Assembly: GCF_009914755.1 (NCBI RefSeq)
Contig: NC_060926.1
From: the human T2T-CHM13v2.0 reference genome, Homo sapiens
Direction: 5' to 3' (one strand)
DNA: 64,000 bases
Shown here: in pieces, positions 1-14,267 of the stretch
How the letters are laid out: every line of letters starts with the position of its first letter
How positions within the stretch are numbered: the first letter of the stretch is position 1
The notes under the pieces: generated by a model
What the model saw: the letters and a program-made list of their open reading frames with translations, nothing else
Told to the model about the DNA's origin: nothing
The model's database searches: none
Translations under genes and position numbers: made by a program

Positions 1-773
1 TCTCCTTTCATGCCTAAAATTATTCCACTTGGATGATAAGTCTCTTGATCACCACATCTGTAGAGCCCTGTGTGATCTTTCTTTTGCCTAAATATTATTC
101 TCATAGCTGAAGACTTCTCCCTCAGGACTCAGTGTCTTCTCTTAAGTCTCCCTAGTAGTTGGCTTTCTTTAAAATCTGAACCACTGTATTCAATCCTATA
201 GTTAATTCTTTCATTTGTTGAATGTCTGTTCAATCCATTAGGGTGCACAGAGAGAACCAGGCTCGTATCTGCATTGTTTACTCATACATACCTCAGTCAA
301 CATCGTATCTGAAACAAGATAAAAGCCCACCAATATCTGCTGAAGATTAATGACTAAATAAGCTTACCATATAGACAGAGAGATAGTAAAAGTATAGTAT
401 GACATTTACGTAATATGAATGTGTTCAAGATATCAACTACCAAAATTAATACAAAAAAGAAAATAATTATTTCTGCCTCCAGAGAAGGGTTGACTAGGAA
501 AGACTCCATAAATGGAGGATGCCCAAACAGGCTTGATGGATGAATAAGATCATGCAGCATGAACCAAGAAGCCAAGAGAAGACTTCTAAGCTTAGGGGAT
601 GGCATTTGCAAAGGCAAAAAGGTATAAAACTAATTATTCAGGAAACTCAAAGTAGTTTCTCTTATTAGAGTGTACAATGTCATATAAATGATATATTAAT
701 AACACAAACCTTAAGGACAAAACCTAAATTGTAGAGACACAGCAGAAAATACAGACAGCACTAACAAATTTGA

Positions 774-1100
<327 letters not shown>

Positions 1101-2386
1101 TAGCTTTGTTTTCATTTATAGTCCTAGAATGATTTGATAAGTTCTATTGCATATTTAACTCACCTTATAAATTATAGAAGTTCTTAGATAAATCCATTTC
1201 GGAAGTGCTATATTTCAAACTTCATTGCCATAAAGAATCCTCACAGTTGCAGTTATTACATAACAGTTACAAAATTATAATACACAGTCCATAAGGAAAC
1301 TCTACTGCGAGTTATGGTGTATAGAACTAAGCTGAGCTTTTCTGTCAAGTAAAATTTTTGGTTTAAATTTTAATAATTATGTCAAATTTCTTTTTTCTAT
1401 AATGTGCTTTTATTCATTATTACATTATTTAAAAAAGGCCAAAACCACTATGTTATTATTTTGGCATTTATATTGTACAAACGTATAGATAAAAATATCT
1501 ATGGAATCTTAAAAGACTTCGGGTCATATTTTGATGTAACTAAGAGTTGACATAATTAAAACTCATCATTGACCTATTTCTCTAGAAATAGAAAATTATC
1601 AAGATAGATATCTGGTATAGATAATCATAGATATTTGTTTTGAACATTTAGAATGTATACTAGAAGTTGCACACTAGCAGACTGCATGATAAGAATGCTT
1701 TGTTTAGACTCCAGTGTTTCAAAAATTGACTTAAGATTTAAATTTGGGAAATCACAAAAAATCCAGAATTCTGGCCACTCTTAAAAAAATTAAAAGATCA
1801 GCTAACTCTAGTAATATTCCCCAATTCACAGTCCCCTAGAAACTAGTAAATGCTCTCTGTAACCACAGACCCACCTCCCCTATCACCCCAGAACACTGCC
1901 CTTATATATGTGACATGCCTAAGCCTTTGTGTAAGACTAAAACTCTCAACCATTAAAAACCAATTGAAGATCATCAAAAAGACTAAGAATATATTTAGAC
2001 TTTGCTCATTTGTAATAGTGAGAGTTAAACATAAAGGCTATTTTTAAAAATCATCTAAACATGAACAAATTCAGACATTCAACCCTTTCTTTCTTGGATT
2101 TTATTAGTTAACTAGACTATACCGAAACAAATAAGCCAAACAAATCCAGTATAACAATTCCTCCCCCTGACTACCAAGCTATTTGTTTTGGCACCTAGTC
2201 AATTCAATAAAAATGATACAACACAATAATCTAAAAATATATATCACGCATTTAATCTGTAGTTTACCTAAAAGTACCTCTCTGTTATGTATCTTTCATT
2301 GCAGCAAATATACTTTATTTTATTTAAATGGGAAGACAACATATTTTCAATATGAAAACTGTTCCAGGTTAGGAAATATTAACCTA

Positions 2387-2728
<342 letters not shown>

Positions 2729-3271
2729 TCAAAATGAAAAGACATAATTTCAGTTATTCTATCTTTAAAGTGATTTCATTCAATAAAATTAAATAAACAA
2801 CAAAGTCTCTACATGCATTAACATGGAAGCTGTTATACAATAACTGCCTACACAATTAATAGCAGTATTTTCTCCTTTGTAATATGAGCAATATGAGATT
2901 TTACTTATTGCCAAGTAAGTCAAAATGAATTCCAGCTTATATTATGGATTTTTAACCTTTGACCTTTGCTCTGGTAAAATAATGTATACAAATTTAGTTA
3001 GTTGCAGGTAGAGTAAGGTGAGCTGAACTTTGAAGTCACCCATTATTGGTGTAGAGTTGGACAGCTTACAATGGTGTCATGTATAAATCGTAAATATGGA
3101 AATGTAGATAATTACAAGTAATATGTCTATTGTCAATTTATATAAAATAATAAACATTTTAATAAGATATTTTGTTTCATAATTTTACCTTTCCTCAAAT
3201 TTATTTCATTTTCAAAATTATAAGTGATGTCTTATTCATAGATTCATAAAATTTGAGAGCTGAGACTATAA

Positions 3272-3556
<285 letters not shown>

Positions 3557-3859
3557 TACTCCAACTTTTATATTTCATAAAATGAGAAAACTGAGTTATA
3601 ATTTTGCATCAGAATCATAAAGGCACCACTGCTTAATGGGGATAAAAGTGGACATATGATGGTTATTTAGTGCATACCAGTTAGCTTCTAATAAAAAGTT
3701 ATTATAAGACTCTTGATTGTAATTTGAAATAGACATAACCATAAAATAAATGTTTATGTACTTTGTTACGGCTTGATATGTGCTTTTATATTATGAAAGC
3801 CAATAAAATATTGTTCATCTCCTACGAAAACAATAGTAAATTTTTGCTTTTGAAAAGCT

Positions 3860-4497
3860 ATGTAATATCACCTACGTAGTATTCTTGTCAATAATATCTG
3901 AATCTAATCATGAGGAAAAAATCAGACAAATCCATATTGTAGGACATTCTGCAAAGAAACTGGCCTGTACTTATTTAAAATGTCAATATTAGGAGAAACG
4001 TAAAAGAAGTGTATGATGTTCAAACTAACATTTATTACAGAAATAGAGCAATGTTGCATCTTTGGCTCTTGGATAAAAAAATATATAAAACATTCTTGGG
4101 ATAATTGAGGAAATCTAAATAGGGACTATATATCATGTACTATTATATCAATGTTAAATATTTGAGAGTGGTAATGGTATTGCAGCTATGTAAAGTAGTA
4201 TTCTTTGATCTTAGAAGATCCTGAAGTCTTTATAGATGAACTATCTTGTGTCTGCCATTTACTTTCAAATAGTTTACTCACACAGGGAGGGAGAGAGATA
4301 TATAATATATGTATACGTATCTATGTTTTTGATGTGTCTATACATATATATACACACAAATGCACATACACATAGAGGGTGTAATATGTATATGGCAATG
4401 GATTATCAGTTGGTTTTTCTATATGAAGGTACAGTGTTCATTGTATTACTCTTGAACATTTTCTATAACTTTGAAACATTTCAAAATAAAAAATTAA
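3860..4497 (+). mobile_element. Old L1M (L1MC/MD-like) 3' UTR fragment
   Basis: gaatctaatcatgaggaaaaaatcagacaaatcc...ggacattctgc motif and terminal tttcaaaataaaaa typical of L1MC-type 3' ends. Confidence 0.6.
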
Positions 4498-5099
4498 GGA
4501 CACAAATTATATTGAGTTTCCATTTAACATGGTATGGCAGATTGAATTCACAAATTACTTCCCTTTCATTTCAACTTCATTATACTGACAAAAAAAGAGT
4601 TAATTTTAAAAGACAGACACCAACAATCACAGAAAGGAGGCAATAAAGATAGAATAGTAAAAGTAGGAAGTGGCTTATCAGTGTTAGCCAACTTGGTAAA
4701 CATAAGCAATCTGAAGCCTAATTTAATGGGGGGAAACTGAGAAGCAACCCAATAATGTATAACACCAAAGGCTGAGGAGTAGTAGTATTACAAACCTCCC
4801 TAAACAGAGCAAGAAGAACTGTTTTCAGCGGGAATGCTTCAGAGTACATTTAGGAAACACTTAGACTACACATCTCCTTCTTCCCTTTACCTCTAGGAAA
4901 TCTTAAACCAAAAGAACTGTGGACTGTGGATATCAGGCAAAATGGAAAGAGAAGTACTCTGGGGAAAATAGAAGTATTATGTAAATTTACATATGATAAA
5001 AATATGGACGATTTCTTCCATTCCATCTCCCAAATAGAGCTGTGACTTCAAAATTCTCAAAGTTTTGTTTCAACCTAGAATTTTACACCTAGCAGCATT

Positions 5100-5530
5100 T
5101 CAACCAAGTGAATGCATACAACAGACATGTTCAGACATGCCAAATCTTGATACATGTACCTTCCATGCTTCCTTTCTTTGTAAACGTGCTCATAAAAAAG
5201 GGAGGGGGTGTTAGAAGAGTACATAAAATCAAGGAAACAAACATCAAGCATGAGATATGGAAATACAAAAAATACAGTGAATAATTTTCTAGAATAAAAG
5301 CTATACAACAAACGGAAATAGCAGCCAGCCCAAACTGGAACAGGACAAATAGCTCTGGGAAAGGTGACCCAAGAAGATGGAATTGATAGAATGCCTGATG
5401 AACTTAAAATACATTAAGAAAGTATTTATTTTTCTAGTGGGAGTTGAAGGTCAAATTAGTGATAGATACATAGAAAACTAAGCTAAAGTAAAAAAGAAGA
5501 AATTAACCTGAGATAAAACACAAAGATATG
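5100..5530 (+). mobile_element. HAL1-like 3' fragment
   Basis: gcagccagcccaaactggaacagg motif resembles the HAL1 3' region and the segment at 43330-43490. Confidence 0.45.
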
Positions 5531-5539
5531 CACAAGAAA

Positions 5540-5705
5540 GACTCAGAAAGGTGAGGAGCTAAGAGGGGAGTGGATGATGAGAGATTGCTCAATAGGTACA
5601 ATGTATCTTGAGTGATGGATACACTAAAAGTCTTAACTTCCCCATTAGGCAATCTATGTATGTAACAAAATTATACTTGTACTCCATAAATTAATACAAA
5701 TAATT
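5540..5705 (+). mobile_element. L1PB/L1MA extreme 3' end
   Basis: gactcagaaagg...gtgatggatacactaaaag...gtaacaaaattatacttgtactccataaatt. Confidence 0.7.
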
Positions 5706-6615
5706 AAACAGAAAATCATACTTACGATACAGCACAACTGGGAATAGTTACATAATCATAATAGTTTAAACATGAAATACTGATATAATCAGAAATCATA
5801 TAGCTGTGGGAAGATGGGACAGAGTATGCCCTTCTGAAAGGTGGTGATGGGAATGGAGTGAAAGGTACATAACCATTGCTGGTTGCAAAAAGTTAGCATA
5901 TGATACATAGGCTAAAAAGAAAAAATTAAGACTTCACAGTATAAGCATATTATTTAAATGTATGGAGTTAAGTAACAGAAGAAATTTCCAAAGATTTGAA
6001 AGTGATTGATTTGGGCAGTGGAAAATGGGGGCAGGGAAGGGACAGCAGGGTAGCTAGCATCTTTCATCATTAGTCTTGTCAAAGTATTTCACTTTTTTAT
6101 AATTACCTTAAAGCTACTTGGGAGGACATTATCCCCTTTAACCGTCCCTACTATTTTACCGCTGTTGAGTTCAGCTGTGCCTTACAAGAGTTATTCACAA
6201 ATATGCAGTGTTTGATGGGGTATGTGGGCTTCCCAGATCCAGCCAAGGGTTTATCGTGAGGTTTAACATTTTATTTTTTCAGTAAGGAAAAGGGGGCAGC
6301 ATGGGAACACGCCTGGAGAAAGGAGTGATAGAAGACCAAACAAAAGAAGTAAGCTGGTAAAATGCTGTCACTCTCCCTCAAAAGACTTTTTGTTTCTGAG
6401 GTTTGGTGGCAAAAACTGAAATCATTGTTTTTCACATGGCTTCCAAGTAAAAAAGATACTTCAATTATCTCTTCCCTAGCTGCCCCAGGGAACAAGAAGA
6501 GTCACAGAACAGAGACCAGTTTCTATGCTTTCTTGCTGAGCCCACCAGGACTGCAACAAGATGATGACTGGAAGTTCCGGGTGCACTTTGAGGCGTCACG
6601 CCTAGCAAGGACTTC

Positions 6616-6846
6616 AGCATCCTCACGTGGTACCAGTCAGCAGTAACAGGAGTAGGTCCTCTCCAATGGCTCAGAGAGAAGAGAATTCAACATAGGGACC
6701 AGAACTGGTAGGAAAGATCACTGTAGAAACCACAGAAGCATCCTTACATGGTATCAGTCAGCGGTAACAGGAGTGGGACCTCTCCAATGGCTCAGAGAGA
6801 AGAGAATTCAACATGGGGATCAGAACTGGTAAGAACGATCACTGTA
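6616..6846. repeat. Two-copy tandem duplication, 110-bp unit at 121-bp period
   Basis: agcatcctcacgtggtacc...gatcactgta (6616-6725) and agcatccttacatggtatc...gatcactgta (6737-6846), 10 substitutions by manual alignment. Confidence 0.9.
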
Positions 6847-9800
6847 CAGGGAGACTGCAGCTGGAAGGCCAGATTATAGGTAAATAGGAGACACCCAACA
6901 AGTTTCCAAAATATCTGCGGAGACTGCTTGGGGGGCCAGGGTTTTGCATAATTAGCAGAGCCAGAAATCTACGTTATTACTATTCATGTGGCCTCGTCTG
7001 GATTCACGAGGTGAAAACATTTGCTTTCACTTCTTGTGTATCTCAGTAAACATTTGAAATAAAGCAAAGCAATGTAGTTATAAAGAGAGTATAGATGAAA
7101 ATGTTAGCCAACTTAAATGATCTATTATTACCTATTATTTAATCTAGTATTAAGTGTATTCACAGTGTAAACCAGAGGGTTCCTTCATTGAATTATAACA
7201 TGCACATGTAAAAATATACACATACCGACAAATCAGCAAAACATCTAATTAGATTAAATCATTAATTTAATTATATATTTAATTGTGTATTAAGTTAGAT
7301 ACTTAAATATTAGATATCAGATTAAAGTCAATTTATACTTATGTTATTTCTTTTTTGGTGGCTCTGAATTTTTTGTGTATATGAAAGTCACCTAGGTTTA
7401 CAGTTACAAGTGTGGCCCCACTCCCAGATACTCAGGTTTAGAAGAAGATCTTAGGAGTCTCCATTCGTAGCAAGTACCCTTGTTAAAGGAACTTAGGAAA
7501 TATAAAATGTTGAGAACCTCTAGCACATCTTGATGTCTCCATCGAATGTGTGCTTCTATAATCCATTGCAAAAGCAATAACATCTAATAATTATTTGATC
7601 CTTATTATAATCCCATGAAGCAGTTCAAACTCAAAATTAATTCTCAGCTGCAAAATGAGGAAACCAAAACTCAATGAGATTACCGGCCCAGGTCATGTGA
7701 CTTGTTAGTAGCAGGATCAGTAAACACTCAGGATTTTTATTCTGACTGTACTGTTACGACAGTAGAAATATCATATTTTTTACTTCAGTTTCATCAGCAT
7801 ATTACAGTGTCAATCTTTATGTTTTTAGCAAGACAGCCCCAAGCACCTCACATTAGCCCTACCTGCATGAATTGGGTCAAATTATGCTTTGCTTCCTGAG
7901 AAGGAACTAAAATCAAACAATACATTTGTGCTTACAGGTAAACTGTCATCACTTTACAATGTTTTCAGAAAAAGTCAAATAAAATATTTCTCTCTGATTT
8001 ACTGAGGGTAGTATTTGATAAATGTTATTTATTAAGGTAAAGAGAATGACAAAATGTAAAGTAGAAGAAAGATTTTGGGGTTACTTTTGCATTTGAAAAG
8101 TTTACATTAAGAGGTGTAAAAAAGTCACACGGAAGCTCTCTTTTTAAAAATCTGTTAGTAAGTCCTGGCAAAAAAGCTGGGTTTCTATTAAGAAAAATTG
8201 CTCATCACACTACAAAGAGTATTTGAAACCAAATTGCAGAGTATTTGCGTAATAGTTCTCTTTTTCTGAAGAAAGAAAAACGAACAAGACACTAATTGTA
8301 GGTTGCATTTTTTTTTTTTTTTCATAAAAGAAATAGCAGATGGCTGGTTTGGAGGATAGGAGAGTAGATAAAGAAAAGGGAATATGAATTTATTTAGACT
8401 GATGAGTGGGATAAAAAAGGGAAAAATCCCAATATTTTAATCATAGAGTGTCGGCTTTCAATAAATTACTCTGTGTTAAACTTAATGTCCTCTGTTAGTT
8501 ATCTTTGTGTGGGACCTATGGAGGCAATTTTGGAATCTTTGCTGCTGTCACTAGAAAATGTCGCTGAAGACCATGGGAATAAATACAACCTGACAGGGAC
8601 ATTATCTATTTTTCCAGAAAAAAATTATTCTGTCTTTTTTTTCCTTTTTGCTTTACAATTTTTTTTTTTCTTGTAGGTAAGTTTCAGAGTTTTCTCATTG
8701 AACAGAAGGGAATAATGTAACAGGTGCTACAGTAAAAATTCTAAAACAAAAATATTTTTCTTTATAATGAAGTCTGGTGTAAATAAGGTCTTTTTAAAAA
8801 AACCATCAAGGGACTACTGAGGTATAGATTAAAAAGCTCTGAAGCATGTATGTCAAGTCTCTAGCCACATATTATCTATATCTCTATTTCAGCCTGAAGG
8901 GAAGACATTTTTGTACAATAATAAGTGAGCAATACCATTTTTTTATATTCAGCTATCGTTTTGCACAACCACCAGATATTTATATCTTTCCACTTTAGTT
9001 TTTCATATTATTTAGCGGTTTCACAAAGACAAAAGGGAAGAAACAACCATATTGCCAGTGAAAACTTATAGGCTATTCTGTTTTTAAAAATGTTAACTTC
9101 AGCCAAACTCTGTTTCATTGTATCTATGGACCATTAATGCAATACCCTCCAGCTGAAAACCAGGAAAATCTCATTGCATCAGAGATAGGGAAGATTAAAA
9201 GAGAGATAGAGGAAAAGAAAAGAGACAATTAATGTAGACATATAAAACTACACATCATGCAACCATCAGCAGATTTGTGAGCGCTTGAAAGAAATGCTGC
9301 CCCTAAAGATAGTGAGAGTGCTAGTGATGAAGAACACAAAGAAGATAATGACGGCCACAATGATGAAAAATGAAATAAAATCACTGGTCCATAATAATTT
9401 TTTTACTAACTTGCTTTGCTGCAGATGGTATGAAGATAATAAAATAAACGAAATCTGCATCTGTTCCTTCATGTCTAGAATAAATTATAATTTATCTGGG
9501 TAAATAGGTGAGCAGTAATTAGAGAGGCTGAATTAATATGCCTTCAATTTAAATGTGTCCACATTGCTCAGTAGCCTTACCACTCCCTTCCAATCCTTGG
9601 TATCATTTTTGTGGACTCCAACAATCAGATCAGGACTCTTCTAAACTTTGAAGTCAGCACTTTTCCATCTCTATTCTACATCATTCACCCATTGGGTGGC
9701 CATACGTTAGATTTAGTCACTAACACTGCCACTTCATTGAAGACCTTTTGAAGAAGTCTACATCGGGAAAGAATTCTACTTTCTGTTTTCCCTCTTTTTT

Positions 9801-9869
9801 CTTCCACTCCGGATTACACTGAAATTCCATCTTTATGATATTTTTTATCCCGTTAGTTTTATATTTCTT

Positions 9870-10370
9870 CACCTAAAAATGTTTATTGAGAACTTGCTAG
9901 GTGCCTAGCACTGTGATTGAAGTTGTGTCTACAAAATAATCTCCAGCCTCAGGAAGCTTTCATTCTACCTGGAGAGGCAACTAGTAAACAGGAAAGCCAA
10001 ATAAACATAAAACAGATGCATAAGTATTTTTAAATGAGATTAAGAGGTATCACAAAAATAAACAGAGTGTTGTGATAGATAATGAAACGGTGGTCGCAGA
10101 GCTACTTTAGATAAGGAGAGCCAGGAAATGTGTCCTGAGATCAGATTTATGAAACAAAGTCATATATATAAATACTTGGAAAGAGCATTCAAGGAAAAGC
10201 ATGACCTAAGAGTCTGGCATATTTTGGAAGGTCTGAGAAGGCTCATGTGCTTGGAATTTAGCAAGGGCTCTAATGGCATGAGATGGGATTGAAAAGGTGG
10301 GTAGGGACCAAGTCATGTAGGGCCTTGCAGTCATAAAGGGTTTAAGTCTTAAATCCTTAAGAAGACTGGA
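9870..10370 (-). mobile_element. L2 3' fragment
   Basis: aaatgtttattgagaacttgctaggtgcctagcactgtg is the reverse complement of the L2 3' terminus. Confidence 0.7.
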
Positions 10371-10639
10371 TTTATTCATAAATCTTTTAATGCCTGGTTT
10401 CTGTTGTACTTCATTTACCTCTATCATAGCTTGATCTCCAATATTAACTATTACAATAAAGCACTTGCCAATATCATATAATTTTCTCCCCTCTGATGTT
10501 TCCATTTTGCTGCTCTTTGGCTGAAGGTAAATGCCCCCATCACCATTCTCAAACTTTCAAATGTTAGAGAAAGGCACAGATTCATGAGATTTTGCCTAAA
10601 TCTCCTGATTTGATCCTCCAAAAATTACTCTTTTAGTTG

Positions 10640-10986
10640 TTTAAAATTTATTTATTTTTGTGTTTTTTATGTTTTATTATTTTGTTTTTGAGACGGAGTC
10701 TCACTCTATTGCCCAGGCTAGAGTGCAGTGGTGCGATTTTGGCTCACTTCAAGTTCTGCCTCTCAGGTTCAAGCTATTCTCCTGCCTCAGCCTCCTGAGT
10801 AGATGTGATTACAGGCATCCGCCACCACACTTGGCTAATTTTTGCTTTTTTTTTTTTTTTTTTTTTCAGTAGAGACAAGGTTTTACCATGTTGGCCAGGT
10901 GGTCTCAAACTCCTGACCTCAAGTGATCCACCCACCTTGGCCCCCCAAAGTGCTAGGATTACAGGCATGAGCCACCATGCCAGGCC
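10640..10986 (-). mobile_element. AluS (Sx/Sz-like) with expanded middle A tract
   Basis: Reverse Alu body with degraded tail, flanked by ctcttttagtt on both sides. Confidence 0.9.
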
Positions 10987-11551
10987 TCTTTTAGTTTTTA
11001 ATTTCTTATTGATGCTTTATTACACTTACTATGGCTTCTATCTCTGGGCAGGGAAAAAAAAAAAGCTTTCTACCTTTCTTAATATCTACTCTGTGAAATG
11101 TACTTTTGACACCATTTTACTCTGTTTCACTGAATCATTTTACCATGATTTATCTCTAGTACAACTTCACCTTCACTGTGCTTACCACCTTCACTGTAAC
11201 TACAAGGACATATATGTGTCCCATCCCATATTCCAAAAATAAAAGTTCCTTCAATTTTGCCCTATCTGTACATTAGGGATATTTGTCAGTCCCCCTTTAG
11301 CTATTTCTTCATTTTATCCTCCTTTGTGCCTTTGAGATCCGGTTTTTCTGCCACTTTTCTAAATTCTTACCCCTCAAATTACTCTGGAAAATGTCATCAA
11401 ATACCTCATTTTCACCAAAGTCAACATGTTTCTCATCTCATTACATTTCCCCAGCCTGCATTGTTTTATCTCACTGACCATCCTTCTTCAAAATCCTTCT
11501 TTGGCTGATATTAGCACTTTATCCTACCTGTCCTGATTTTTCACTCTCTGA

Positions 11552-11707
<156 letters not shown>

Positions 11708-12880
11708 CCTCTTGTCCCTTCAATGCAGAAATACTACCTGGGCTTTGGCTGTACCTCACTTTGTTTTAGTCTGCAGTCTCTTACCTCCTTACAGATTTGT
11801 TCTCCAACCTCCTAGAGATGAAAATATTTTCCAACATTAAGAAATATGACAGAGTTGTCAAAAACATATGGAATTGATTGCAAAGTTTTTGTGGTTTGTC
11901 ATGATTTGATTTAGTTTGAAGCAATGTAAACAGCAGGGCATTTTTTTTCTCTCGAGATAAAAAATAAAATCCATTATCTTCACGTCCAAAGTATCTGTGC
12001 CCTTCCAAACATGAGAATTATGTTATGCCCATATTCCAAGTTTTCTCCTCCACTCCTATAATTTCAGTTGTCATTTCTGAGCAGAAACTAATAAGCTTAT
12101 CTATAATATAACTATACAAAACCATGTTATAACATCTATCTTATTTTATTAGAATTATCGGTGAAATGTCTGGCATCTCTGTTTTTTTCTCTGGAAGCAG
12201 TAATGTGAGTCAGTCATATTCATTGGTTTATCACCAAATCCTTGTTGAATATATGGCTTATAAGAAGAATGCAATACCATTTTATGAATAAATGAACAAA
12301 ATCTGTATTATATCCTCCCCTCCCACACTTACTCCATTCCAGGAATCAACCCGTATTTCAATTGCTTTCTCATCTCTTAAAATAGATACTACTGGATTTG
12401 TAAGATAAAAGAAAACACGGTAAATAATTTTCCCATACGAGCTTGCCTGCTTTACTTTACTATTTTTTTTTTAATTTCAGAAACATTTCCTAATTCAGTT
12501 TTAAGATCTTGGATTTATATTTGGTATTTGCATTTCTATTTTTTCCATTCCACTTTGTATCTAATAATTTGCCAAGTCCTATTAATTGCTTATCCCAGTG
12601 TAGCTCAAATCTACATCTTTCTGTGTCTTTTCATTCTGACTCCTACTTAAATTCAGGCTCACATCACTACTGTAAAAATACCGCTTTTTTTAATTAACAT
12701 AGTCTGTTTATGCTACAAACATACAAAATATCAGTGGCATTTTTTGATTGACAACATAGAGTCGTAACATTGCACGTACTCAATAAACACATGTTGAATT
12801 AAATTTTATATTGTGAAAATTGCAATAAATTTTAGAATAAAGAAGTTTAGAGTATATTTCCAGGTATGATGCTAACAATC

Positions 12881-13330
12881 TGTGACATTGGCCTGTATAT
12901 TTTTCTTTGTCCCTCAAGCTCTATTCTCCACCATTTTCTACCAATACTCACCCTGCCACGTGCTCAGTGAGACTGACCCAAATGGATGATGACAACGGGC
13001 TACGACGCTCCCTGGCTTTCATTTGGGTTCAGCCAGTGCAAAGCAGTGGTACAATACTGAATGAAGAACAGAGTGAGTTTGGTACTTATCCCCCACCCTC
13101 ACTTTCCTGCAACCCCTTAGTGAGGGTCACAGCTGCCGTCAATTTGAGGTAACCTTCCCCTGGTTTCTTCAAGCCTAGCAGTGCTGTTACTCATCTTGAA
13201 GTACTTCAACAAACCCTGTTGCTGTTACTTAATCCTGCTCCTACTTTTATAAAGACTCTTTTGCTAAACTCTGTTCAATTCCTTCAACTTTGTATGCCAT
13301 GTGTTTCCTACTGGGATCCTTCTAATGTAG
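12881..13330 (-). mobile_element. ERVL LTR (LTR33-like)
   Basis: caacgggctacgacgctccctggctttc...gggttcagccagtg and terminal tgccatgtgtttcctactgggatcc resemble reverse LTR33. Confidence 0.6.
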
Positions 13331-13464
13331 TCATCTTGAACAAGGCACTTGACAACAGTTACCTGTAAAATCACAGATATGGTCATTGATGGCAAATACG
13401 TGGCTTGCATGTTACCAACACTCCCCTCCTCCTACCCATGAAAGATACTGCTAAACAGTCATTG

Positions 13465-14267
<803 letters not shown>

